Below are positions 1-7,400 of a stretch of DNA of 37,205 nt, one piece after another (the first letter of the stretch is position 1; every line of letters begins with the position of its first letter). Below the pieces are notes generated by a model. It searched no databases. It was not told the DNA's origin and saw nothing but the letters and a program-made list of their open reading frames with translations. The stretch is from a virus, in the IMG/VR virus record IMGVR_UViG_3300049017_000013, one strand, 5' to 3'. A program made the translations under genes and the position numbers.

Positions 1-72
1 ATCGACACCATGTTTGGTGTGTGCATGAAAAATCCTGAAATGAGTGGACTTATCATGTTTAGTCAGACCTGA
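1..72 (+). CDS. Redundant 3' fragment of the major capsid gene (same sequence as 37079..37150).
   Basis: The in-frame reading ...IDTMFGVCMKNPEMSGLIMFSQT* is identical to the C-terminus of ORF 35882..37150. It is a consequence of the terminal overlap, not a separate gene. Confidence 0.9.
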   Translation: MDTMFGVCMKNPEMSGLIMFSQT

Positions 73-85
73 TGGCTACATAACA

Positions 86-110
86 GAAAGGGGCTTCGGC
101 CCCTTCCTCA
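86..110 (+). terminator. Stem-loop just downstream of the coat gene (intra-operon attenuator or mRNA-stabilising hairpin).
   Basis: aaggggc (88-94), ttcg loop, gcccctt (99-105): a 7-bp GC-rich stem with a UUCG tetraloop, 16 nt after the stop. The trailing tract ttcctc is only weakly T-rich, so termination is probably partial. Confidence 0.5.
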
Positions 111-134
111 CATACCCAATATAAGGAATTCATC

Positions 135-764
135 ATGCAAAACATCGTTTATCCACAAGGTTCCGTTACCGTCATTCTGGCGGCAAACGAGAGCATTGCC
201 GTGGCCACTTCTGGCGAAACCCAGGTATATCGCAATGTCGGCTATCCGAACTTCCCGACCACCAAGACCCTGCTGGGTACTGTGATCGGCGGCGCCGCTG
301 GCATCGCTGCAGGCAACAACAACGGCCAAACTGTCTTTGGCCCATATTCGTCTGGTGCTTCGATCACCATCGAAAGCGGCGCGGCACTGTCGTATTACGA
401 GACTGGCGTTACGCCGTTGGTGCTGGGTTTGTATGACTATCAACTGTCGCCTACGCCTGTGGCGGTCAACGTCACTGGCGCAGTATCGGCCCTGGCTATC
501 ATGGGTGGCATCGTCACCTCGACTACTGCCGCAGCGGTGGCTGGCACCGTGCCAACTGGCACCGTCATGGATGCGGCAAGCGACTGGTCGATCAATGACA
601 GTATCGACTGGTCCGTTATCGCCACTGGCGCGAATGCCTTCACTGTTACCGCTGCTGCAGGCCATACGATCGTTGGTTCTGCAGTTGTGGCGACTGTAAC
701 TTCCGGTCGATTCCGCACTGTGAAGACTGCCGCAAACACCTTCATTACCTACCGCCTGGCATAA
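135..764 (+). CDS. Hypothetical virion protein (Gly/Ala/Thr-rich, beta-type). Possibly a head decoration or accessory protein.
   Basis: ATG at 135 is preceded by taaggaa. It is the first gene after coat in the late operon. No family was recognised. The antisense and alternate-frame ORFs here look like composition artefacts. Confidence 0.6.
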   Translation: MQNIVYPQGSVTVILAANESIAVATSGETQVYRNVGYPNFPTTKTLLGTVIGGAAGIAAGNNNGQTVFGPYSSGASITIESGAALSYYETGVTPLVLGLYDYQLSPTPVAVNVTGAVSALAIMGGIVTSTTAAAVAGTVPTGTVMDAASDWSINDSIDWSVIATGANAFTVTAAAGHTIVGSAVVATVTSGRFRTVKTAANTFITYRLA

Positions 765-820
765 GGCAGTGCCAGGGCATCATAGCGATGCTCTGGCTCT
801 TATCCTTGTTAAGGAAGACC

Positions 821-1126
821 ATGGAATACCCACGATTCGTTTTTAAATGCCCCGGCCCGTTCTCGCGGCAGGGGGGCACTTATGATCATGCACTGGTAAG
901 CGATGACGCAGAATATGATGCACGCCTACAAGATGGCTGGTTTAGTACTGTGCCAGAAGCAATTGAAGGAAAAGTAATCGCCCTGGAAGTGGCTCAAGAA
1001 GTAAGCCAGGATGGTTCGCCCACCCGGGCCGAACTGGAAGCTAAGGCCAAGGAATTGAACATTGCATTTGATGGCCGCACTAGCGATACAAAGCTGCTGG
1101 CGAAAATCACCGAAGCGCTTTCCTAA
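821..1126 (+). CDS. Hypothetical protein (101 aa).
   Basis: The ORF track gives 788..1126. The internal ATG at 821 has a strong RBS (aaggaag, 811-817), whereas 788 has none. The product starts MEYPRFVFKCPGP... Confidence 0.6.
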   Translation: MEYPRFVFKCPGPFSRQGGTYDHALVSDDAEYDARLQDGWFSTVPEAIEGKVIALEVAQEVSQDGSPTRAELEAKAKELNIAFDGRTSDTKLLAKITEALS

Positions 1127-1138
1127 AGAGGCCGCATT

Positions 1139-1627
1139 GTGAGTTGGACGAAGCAAGAACTGATCGAAGAAGCATTCAGCGAGCTTGCATTGCAGGGCTA
1201 TGTGTTCAATGTCGGCCCAGAAGAACTACAAGGCGCGCTTCGTCGGCTCGATATGATGATGGCGATGTGGAACGGAAAAGGCATCCGTCTTGGCTATCCC
1301 ATTCCTTCGACTGCTAACGGTTCGACGCTGGATCAAGATTCCAGTATCCCCGATTGGTCTATTGAAGCGGCCTATCTGAACTTGGCTGTGCGGATTGCTT
1401 CCGGCTATGGCAAGCAAATCAGCCAGGCCACGGCGGCAACCGCCAAGACCGCTATGGATGTGGTCATGCAGCGCATGGCGATGCCACCGCAGCAGCAGAT
1501 GCCATCCACAATGCCTGTCGGCGCCGGGAATCGTCGCTGGGGCATCACTGGCGATAAAAACCCATTCTTCCCTATTCCTGTGGACCCGCTGCTTGCTGGC
1601 CAGGATGGGGAAATTGAATTTGACTAA
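1139..1627 (+). CDS. Head-to-tail adaptor, P22 gp4-like (packaged-DNA stabilisation protein gp4 family).
   Basis: GTG start with RBS aagagg 7 nt upstream. At 162 aa it is similar in size to P22 gp4 (166 aa). The pattern ...LRRLDMMMAMWNGKGIRLGYP... parallels P22 gp4 ...LEAMMAEWYQDGKGIITGY..., and the C-terminal ...MPVGAGN... parallels ...MPTGSGN... Confidence 0.75.
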   Translation: MSWTKQELIEEAFSELALQGYVFNVGPEELQGALRRLDMMMAMWNGKGIRLGYPIPSTANGSTLDQDSSIPDWSIEAAYLNLAVRIASGYGKQISQATAATAKTAMDVVMQRMAMPPQQQMPSTMPVGAGNRRWGITGDKNPFFPIPVDPLLAGQDGEIEFD

Positions 1628-1635
1628 GGGCGACC

Positions 1636-2097
1636 ATGCCGACTATCAATCAACTAAGTGCTGTCGATTCCGTCACTGGTGGCGATCAAGTACCGATCTA
1701 TTCCAGTGGCAACGGCGATGCGCGCAAAGCATCCATGACCACATTGGCGGCATTTTTCACCGATCAAGTAACGCCGCCGCCGGATACCATGACGCAATAT
1801 GCGGCGCCTAACGCATCAGGATTTTCGGTAACAGTGGCGCCGGCTGTTGCTGGGGATAGCGTTTGGCTTCTACTGACTCCTACCGGCGCATTTGCATCAG
1901 GAACTGTGGTCTTGCCGGCACTCGCTAGTGCGGTGCATGGCCAGGAAGTACTAGTCACCAGCACCACTGCTATCACCGCTCTAACGGTAAGTGGTAATGG
2001 CGCCACGGTGAATGGCGCCCCTACCACGATGGCAGCTAATGCCTTCTTCCGCCTGCGTTTTGATGGCGTATTTAATGCGTGGTATCGCATCAGCTAA
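1636..2097 (+). CDS. Hypothetical virion protein (153 aa).
   Basis: The N-terminus MPTINQLSAV..G.D.VPIY is a motif I associate with phage fibre or structural proteins. The gene lies inside the head-completion module. Its function is not established. Confidence 0.55.
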   Translation: MPTINQLSAVDSVTGGDQVPIYSSGNGDARKASMTTLAAFFTDQVTPPPDTMTQYAAPNASGFSVTVAPAVAGDSVWLLLTPTGAFASGTVVLPALASAVHGQEVLVTSTTAITALTVSGNGATVNGAPTTMAANAFFRLRFDGVFNAWYRIS

Positions 2098-2109
2098 CTA
2101 AGGATTGAC

Positions 2110-2415
2110 ATGAGTGCCAAACAACCATTCTCGCCACACTATGGCACCAATCAGGTGCTATCCCCTGCTGCCGGCGCGCTTGTCGCCAATCTTGACCCTA
2201 CTGATAAAAGCGTGCGCCTTGTCAATACAGGGGCCAACCCGGCGTATATCCGCATCTATTCCAGTAGTGGCGCCGCAGAAGTCGCTACTACGGCAGATTT
2301 CCTTGTTCCAAGTGGCGGGATTGCCACGATTACCAAGGCAACCGGGCAAGATCGGATGTCGTATATCTCGGCACTCGGCACCACGTTGCAGTGCATGACT
2401 GGCGAGGGTTGGTAA
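2110..2415 (+). CDS. Hypothetical protein (101 aa).
   Basis: ATG at 2110 is preceded by ctaaggattgac. Spacing to the neighbouring genes is tight. No family was recognised. Confidence 0.55.
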   Translation: MSAKQPFSPHYGTNQVLSPAAGALVANLDPTDKSVRLVNTGANPAYIRIYSSSGAAEVATTADFLVPSGGIATITKATGQDRMSYISALGTTLQCMTGEGW

Positions 2416-2416
2416 T

Positions 2417-3817
2417 ATGCAAATCCCAGTGTTGAGCGGAGTCTTTACAGATGAGGATGCGGATTTCCGTACTTCATATCCGCGAAACATGATTCCTGTC
2501 CCCAAAAGCCAAGGGATTTCGGAGGGGTATTTGCGCCCATGCGAGGGGATTACGCAAAAGGGCGTTGGGCCAGGCATTTGCCGCGGCGGGATCTTGTGGG
2601 ATGGAATCCTATTCCGTGTAATGGGCACAAATCTTGTCCGCATCGCCTCAAATGGAACAATCACCATTCTAGCAACTATCCCAGGTAGTGATGAAGTCAC
2701 GCTTGATTATTCATTTGATAGGCTGGCTATTGCGGCAGATGGGAAATTATATTATTGGGATGGCGGGGCACTTTCTCAGGTGACTGACCCTGATCTAGGA
2801 ACTGTATTATCTGTTGTGTGGGTTGATGGTTATTTTATGACCACTGATGGTGAATCATTGATCGTGACTGATCTTAACGATCCCATGTCAATTAACCCGT
2901 TGCATTATGGTAGCTCAGAAGCAGACCCTGATCCGGTTGTTGCACTTCTTAAGTTGCGTAATGAAGTCTATGCACTGAATCGAAATACCATTGAGGTTTT
3001 CAACAATATTGGTGGAAATGGTTTCCCATTCCAGCGAAATGAAGGCGCACAGATTCAACGTGGCTGTCTTGGCACACATTGCTGCGCTGTTTTTGCCGAG
3101 GCGATTGCTTTTCTTGGAAGTGCCCGCGATGAATCGCCTGCTGTCTGGATTGGTCTGAATAGCACCACGCAGAAAATCAGTACTCGCGAAATTGATACGA
3201 TTTTGCAGGAATACACAGAGGCACAATTGGTTGCTTCTGTGATGGAGGCCCGTACAGATAAAAGCCATCAATGGCTATATTTGCATTTCCCGGATAAGAC
3301 ACTGGTATATGATGCATCAGCATCAGCAGCGGCCCAGCAACCTGTTTGGTTCGTGCTTGACACTAGTGTTGCAGGTGGAAGCGCCTACCGTGCCAGATAT
3401 TTCGTATGGGCATTTAACGGTTGGCAAGTTGGCGACCCGACCAGCGGAGCAATAGGAGAAATAAATCAGGCAAGCAGTATCCAATATGGTCAAACGATAG
3501 GATGGGAATTCAGCACATCCATAGTTTATAACGCCAGCATGGGAGCCATTTTTCATCAACTTGAGCTTGTTTCGCTTCCTGGGCGGGTGGCATTTGGCGC
3601 GGCCCCTGTGGTATGGACGTCATATTCTATCGATGGTGAAACGTGGAGCCAAGAGCGGACTTGTGATGCAGGAGTGCAGGGTAATCGAACCAAGCGCATT
3701 ACCTGGCTAAGGCAAGGCTTCATGCGAAATTGGCGTATTCAGAAATTCCGCGGGACGAGTGATGCCCATATTTCTGTGGCGCGACTAGAAGCGCAATTGG
3801 AGCCTCTGAATGGCTAA
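2417..3817 (+). CDS. Tail hub / packaged-DNA stabilisation protein, P22 gp10-like.
   Basis: 466 aa versus 472 aa for P22 gp10. The N-terminus MQIPVLSGV....Y..NM.PVPK....S.GYLR...GI parallels gp10 MPIQQLPMMKG...YLPVNMLATPK..SSGYLRSFPGI. LVYDASASAAAQQPVWFVLDT parallels LVYDASSSQNGPQWCVLKT. Confidence 0.8.
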   Translation: MQIPVLSGVFTDEDADFRTSYPRNMIPVPKSQGISEGYLRPCEGITQKGVGPGICRGGILWDGILFRVMGTNLVRIASNGTITILATIPGSDEVTLDYSFDRLAIAADGKLYYWDGGALSQVTDPDLGTVLSVVWVDGYFMTTDGESLIVTDLNDPMSINPLHYGSSEADPDPVVALLKLRNEVYALNRNTIEVFNNIGGNGFPFQRNEGAQIQRGCLGTHCCAVFAEAIAFLGSARDESPAVWIGLNSTTQKISTREIDTILQEYTEAQLVASVMEARTDKSHQWLYLHFPDKTLVYDASASAAAQQPVWFVLDTSVAGGSAYRARYFVWAFNGWQVGDPTSGAIGEINQASSIQYGQTIGWEFSTSIVYNASMGAIFHQLELVSLPGRVAFGAAPVVWTSYSIDGETWSQERTCDAGVQGNRTKRITWLRQGFMRNWRIQKFRGTSDAHISVARLEAQLEPLNG

Positions 3818-4490
3818 CCCGCTTATTATTTCGCGTGACCAGCTTGAGAAATTCTTACCTAATCATGAAACAATTAGGTTGTTTGAACAACTCTTGCAGA
3901 ATGTCAGTATTGATACGCCAGAATCAATTAGTGAGGCAAATAACAATGCTTCGACTGCGATTGCATTAGCTACTGCAGCACTATCAACACTGGCAGACGT
4001 AATTGCGGCGTTGGATGGCGTTTTAAGCTCGCCAGTACTCGACCCTTTGCCAGAAGATGAAAACTTCACTCCACCTTCAAGTGCAGGCTCGCTTGCAGAA
4101 CAGGATGCGGACGATGTTGATATCACTGGTGGAGCTATTGCCGGCGCCAGTGGGGCATTTACTACTATCTCAGCTAGTGCCGCAGTAACACTTAGCCCAG
4201 CTAATGCCAATGTTGTGATTTCTCCGACTGGCACAGGGTTGGTGACAATAGCACCAGCGACAGCCGGCACAATCAATAATGTTTCAATCGGCGCTATTAC
4301 GCCGCAGGCAGGGCGTTTTACAAGCGTAACCGTGCCAGGGGGCGCACAATTCATTACCACTAATACGGCGCTGAATAATGGCGCTGGCGCAAGTGCGGGA
4401 ACAATTACCAATGCGCCATCTGCAGGCAACCCGACCAAATGGGTAGGGATCAACGACAACGGCACGATTCGATATATCCCGGCATGGTGA
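3810..4490 (+). CDS. Tail needle / fibre-like protein (occupies the position of P22 gp26).
   Basis: It overlaps the gp10-like stop by 8 nt. At 226 aa it is similar to gp26 (233 aa). It has a short N-terminal plug-like segment (MANPLIISRDQ), then an Ala/Thr/Gly-rich region. The assignment rests mainly on synteny. Confidence 0.45.
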   Translation: MANPLIISRDQLEKFLPNHETIRLFEQLLQNVSIDTPESISEANNNASTAIALATAALSTLADVIAALDGVLSSPVLDPLPEDENFTPPSSAGSLAEQDADDVDITGGAIAGASGAFTTISASAAVTLSPANANVVISPTGTGLVTIAPATAGTINNVSIGAITPQAGRFTSVTVPGGAQFITTNTALNNGAGASAGTITNAPSAGNPTKWVGINDNGTIRYIPAW

Positions 4491-4517
4491 TGCAAGAATT
4501 TAACAAAGAGGCATGAT

Positions 4518-4853
4518 ATGGCAACTAGCGCAGTCGTCTTGTTTGAAGCAAAATTCGCAGAAAATGCACAGACAACACAATACACATCGACACTTGTAAC
4601 AACGTCTATTGATAAATTTACAGCGACGAATGTAACAGGTGGCGCCCAGACCATTTCTGTTAATTTGGTCCCTAGCGGTGGCGCGGCAGGAACCAGCAAC
4701 ACTATCACGTTCACCAAAACTATCCCCGCTGGGAAATCATATACATTCCCTGAGATTGTCGGCCACATCTTGGCCGCTGGTGGATTTATTTCCACGTTGG
4801 CGAGTGCGGTAAGCTCGATTGTCATTAGGGCCAGTGGACGCCAGTTCTCGTAA
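4518..4853 (+). CDS. Hypothetical protein (111 aa).
   Basis: ATG at 4518 with RBS aaagagg (4505-4511). The large antisense ORF 3863..4870 is rejected. Confidence 0.6.
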   Translation: MATSAVVLFEAKFAENAQTTQYTSTLVTTSIDKFTATNVTGGAQTISVNLVPSGGAAGTSNTITFTKTIPAGKSYTFPEIVGHILAAGGFISTLASAVSSIVIRASGRQFS

Positions 4854-4854
4854 A

Positions 4855-4892
4855 CTATTGATTTGCACAAATCAATAGCAGATGTCTATAAT
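4855..4892 (+). promoter_or_regulatory. Perfect 10-4-10 palindrome followed by a consensus TATAAT box. Candidate internal operator/promoter, or an RNA hairpin.
   Basis: ctattgattt (4855-4864), gcac, aaatcaatag (4869-4878). TATAAT lies at 4887-4892, with TTGCAC (4863-4868) 18 nt upstream and overlapping the palindrome. Confidence 0.35.
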
Positions 4893-4949
4893 GTATGAAG
4901 CTGAGTTCATGGCATCCAGCGGCCAAAACCACCCCTGTAGGGAGTTGCT

Positions 4950-5372
4950 ATGTCCGCTGAAATTATCCAATCGCATACGCAAGAGAACATTCGCCAAATA
5001 GAGCGCGTCATGCGCGATATGCCACAGCAAGAAATCCCTGTACAGCATACTTTCGGGCCTGGCTTCTATGCCAGGACTATTACTATCCCTGCTGGAACTA
5101 CGCTTGTTGGTGAAGAACACGCAACAGAGCATATTTTCATTGTAACCAAGGGGGATATCACATTGGTAAGTGATGGGGCACCATTGCGCGTATCAGCTGG
5201 GTTCCAGGCAGTCTGCAAACCAGGCATGAAAAGAGCTGGATACGCCCATACCGAAACGGTATGTACCAATATCCATATTACTGAGAAAACTGATCTGGAC
5301 ATACTGAGGGCACAATTGATTGTCGCCCAATCTCTCCCAGCGCCAGAAAAATTTAAGGAGATTGCGCCATGA
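4950..5372 (+). CDS. Hypothetical protein, possibly a cupin-like beta-barrel (140 aa).
   Basis: ATG at 4950 with RBS gggag 5 nt upstream. It is preceded by a 96-bp gap, the only sizeable gap in the tail region. Its stop overlaps the next start (ATGA). The cupin idea comes only from the beta-strand-like pattern GxxHxxEHIFIVTKGDITL. Confidence 0.55.
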   Translation: MSAEIIQSHTQENIRQIERVMRDMPQQEIPVQHTFGPGFYARTITIPAGTTLVGEEHATEHIFIVTKGDITLVSDGAPLRVSAGFQAVCKPGMKRAGYAHTETVCTNIHITEKTDLDILRAQLIVAQSLPAPEKFKEIAP

Positions 5373-6058
5373 GTTGGGTTGCTGTCGCCGTAGTTGGTAC
5401 TGCCGTTGTTTCCAGCGCAGTTAGTTCGAATGCGCAAAAAAAAGCTGCCAATCGTGCCGCTTCTGCACAAGAGCAGAGTGCGCAACTTGGCATTGAAGAA
5501 CAGCAGCGACAATTCGATAAGGTACGTGACCTATTGCAGCCTTATGTCGAGGCCGGGACCGGAGCATTAGGCGCCCAGCAGGCATTAGTCGGGCTGAGCG
5601 GTGCTGATGCGCAAAGACAGGCTATTGCAGGAATCCAAAATTCGCCGCAATTTTCCGCACTTAAAAAAACTGGTGAAGAGAGCATTCTTGCTAATGCGTC
5701 AGCAACTGGCGGTCTGCGCGGGGGAAATGTCCAGGGGGCGTTAGGTCAGTTCAGTCCGAACCTTCTGGCCCAGCTCATTGAGCAACAATATGGTCGGCTT
5801 GGTGGGCTTACGAGCATGGGACAAAACGCCGCGGCGGGCGTTGGGAATGCTGGCATGCAGACTGGTCAGGGGATTTCACAATTACTCCAGCAACAGGGCG
5901 CCGCACAAGCCGGCAATGCTCTTGCTGCTGGTCGAGCGAATGCGGCAATGTATAACACCATTGGGCAGAGTATTGGGACATTTGCGGGGATGGGCGGATT
6001 TGGCAGCGGTGCTGGGGCTGGGGCTGGAAGCGGCCAAATGACAAACGTTCTTTTCTAG
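5369..6058 (+). CDS. Internal virion / ejection-type protein (Gly/Ala/Gln-rich, N-terminal hydrophobic segment).
   Basis: It occupies the position of the P22 gp7/gp14-type pilot proteins, after the needle gene. The composition is typical of ejection proteins. No sequence family was recognised. Confidence 0.5.
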   Translation: MSWVAVAVVGTAVVSSAVSSNAQKKAANRAASAQEQSAQLGIEEQQRQFDKVRDLLQPYVEAGTGALGAQQALVGLSGADAQRQAIAGIQNSPQFSALKKTGEESILANASATGGLRGGNVQGALGQFSPNLLAQLIEQQYGRLGGLTSMGQNAAAGVGNAGMQTGQGISQLLQQQGAAQAGNALAAGRANAAMYNTIGQSIGTFAGMGGFGSGAGAGAGSGQMTNVLF

Positions 6059-6065
6059 GGATTAT

Positions 6066-7400
6066 ATGGCTACCGAACCAATTAATTACAGCATCGATGC
6101 CGGGAATCCTTTCCAAAGTGTATTGCAGGGATTTAAGGTCGGGGATTTCCTGCAGCAACGGCAAATTCAGCAACAGCAGCAAATTGTGGAGCAGCAAAAG
6201 GCGCAACAGCAAGCGGCTGCGCAAGCACAGATGAATGCTGATCTTGGCGCGGTGGCCAATAACCCGAATGCATCTGGATCAGATTATGCTGGTCTTATTA
6301 CTAAATACCCGCAACTCTCTGAGCAACTCAAACGCGGCTGGGATGTATTGAACCCGGCTCAACAGCAAGCCAGGCTCAGTAGTGCCACGCAGGTTTATTC
6401 GGCATTGCAGAATAATAAGCCTGATATTGCCATGGATATGTTGAAAGAACAGGCTACTGCTGCTCGCAACAGTGGTAATGAACAGGATGCCAAAGCAGCA
6501 GAAACACTGGCTCAGTGGATTGAGCGTGATCCTGGTACAGCAAAAACTTCTATTGCATTGCGTTTGGCTGCGACCGCGGGGCCTGATAAGTTTGCTGATG
6601 TTTTCGGGAAACTTGGCGCCGAGCAGCGCGCAGCCGAACAGGCGCCATCTGATCTTGCTGAAAAGCGCGCCAAGGCGCAGCAGGAAATGGTCAAAGCCAA
6701 ATATGCAGATTCTGTGGCTTTGCAAGATATCGAAAAACGTGGATGGGATATTAAAAAAGTTGTCTCTGATATCGGCATTGACAAGGAAAATGCACGAATC
6801 CACGCTATGGAGGCAGGCCTCAAGCGAGAGGAAAATGACCTAAAGCGCCAAGAACTGCAGATGAAAATCACTGATGCCAAAACTGCCCGCGAAGACAAGA
6901 TCCGCGAAAAAGTGTCAGGCGCCGAAAGTGCGGCATCGACTATTGACAATATGCTCAATACGGCTGACCGCGTGCTGAAAAATCCATCGCTAAATAGCGT
7001 CATTGGATCGATTCAAGGCAGGCTGCCATCAATCACCAGCGACGAGGGCGCAGACGCCATTGCATTGATTGATACGCTTGGCTCGCAATCGTTTTTGTCT
7101 CAGCTTCCATCTATGAAAGGATTGGGCGCATTGTCCGAGAAAGAGGGCGACAAGCTGCAATCTGCGTTGACCAATCTTTCGCGTACTCAGTCAGAAGAGC
7201 AGTTCAAATATAACTTGAAAGAAGCACAGCGCCTGATGCTCAAGGCCAGGCAGAACCTCTCGGAAAAGACAGGCGTGCCTCTTGGCGCTCCTGACCGTCC
7301 GAATGCGCCAAAGACTAGCCAGGGCTTTGCTCCTACTGCTCCTGGTGCTGCACAAACTGCGCCGGCCACTCCACAGAAAAATGTCGTGGTGGACTTCTGA
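6066..7400 (+). CDS. Internal virion / ejection-type protein (444 aa, Gln-rich, coiled-coil-like).
   Basis: Called by synteny with P22 gp20. It has a poly-Q/AQ tract near the N-terminus. Its stop overlaps the next start (TGATG). Confidence 0.5.
   Translation: MATEPINYSIDAGNPFQSVLQGFKVGDFLQQRQIQQQQQIVEQQKAQQQAAAQAQMNADLGAVANNPNASGSDYAGLITKYPQLSEQLKRGWDVLNPAQQQARLSSATQVYSALQNNKPDIAMDMLKEQATAARNSGNEQDAKAAETLAQWIERDPGTAKTSIALRLAATAGPDKFADVFGKLGAEQRAAEQAPSDLAEKRAKAQQEMVKAKYADSVALQDIEKRGWDIKKVVSDIGIDKENARIHAMEAGLKREENDLKRQELQMKITDAKTAREDKIREKVSGAESAASTIDNMLNTADRVLKNPSLNSVIGSIQGRLPSITSDEGADAIALIDTLGSQSFLSQLPSMKGLGALSEKEGDKLQSALTNLSRTQSEEQFKYNLKEAQRLMLKARQNLSEKTGVPLGAPDRPNAPKTSQGFAPTAPGAAQTAPATPQKNVVVDF

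Larger units (their letters stand above)
1..127. repeat. Terminal direct repeat, copy 1. It is identical to 37079..37205 and is the closure overlap of a circular or circularly permuted phage contig.
   Basis: Compared base by base, positions 1-127 equal the last 127 nt of the window. The repeat contains the coat gene 3' end (stop at 70-72), its stem-loop and the RBS region of the next gene. Confidence 0.95.

Noticed and set aside
108-764. Overlapping ORFs 108..665 (-), 337..699 (+) and 440..745 (-).
   Set aside because: All lie within the 135..764 gene, which has a proper RBS and sits in the late operon. Their products are Arg/Ser/Ala-rich nonsense typical of off-frame translation of GC-rich coding sequence.
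3863-4870. A 335-aa ORF on the minus strand, antisense to the needle-like gene and the 111-aa gene.
   Set aside because: It is fully antisense to two well-supported, RBS-preceded late genes. It has no RBS, and its product is low-complexity Ala/Val/Pro/Thr, typical of the reverse frame of Ala/Gly/Thr-rich coding DNA.
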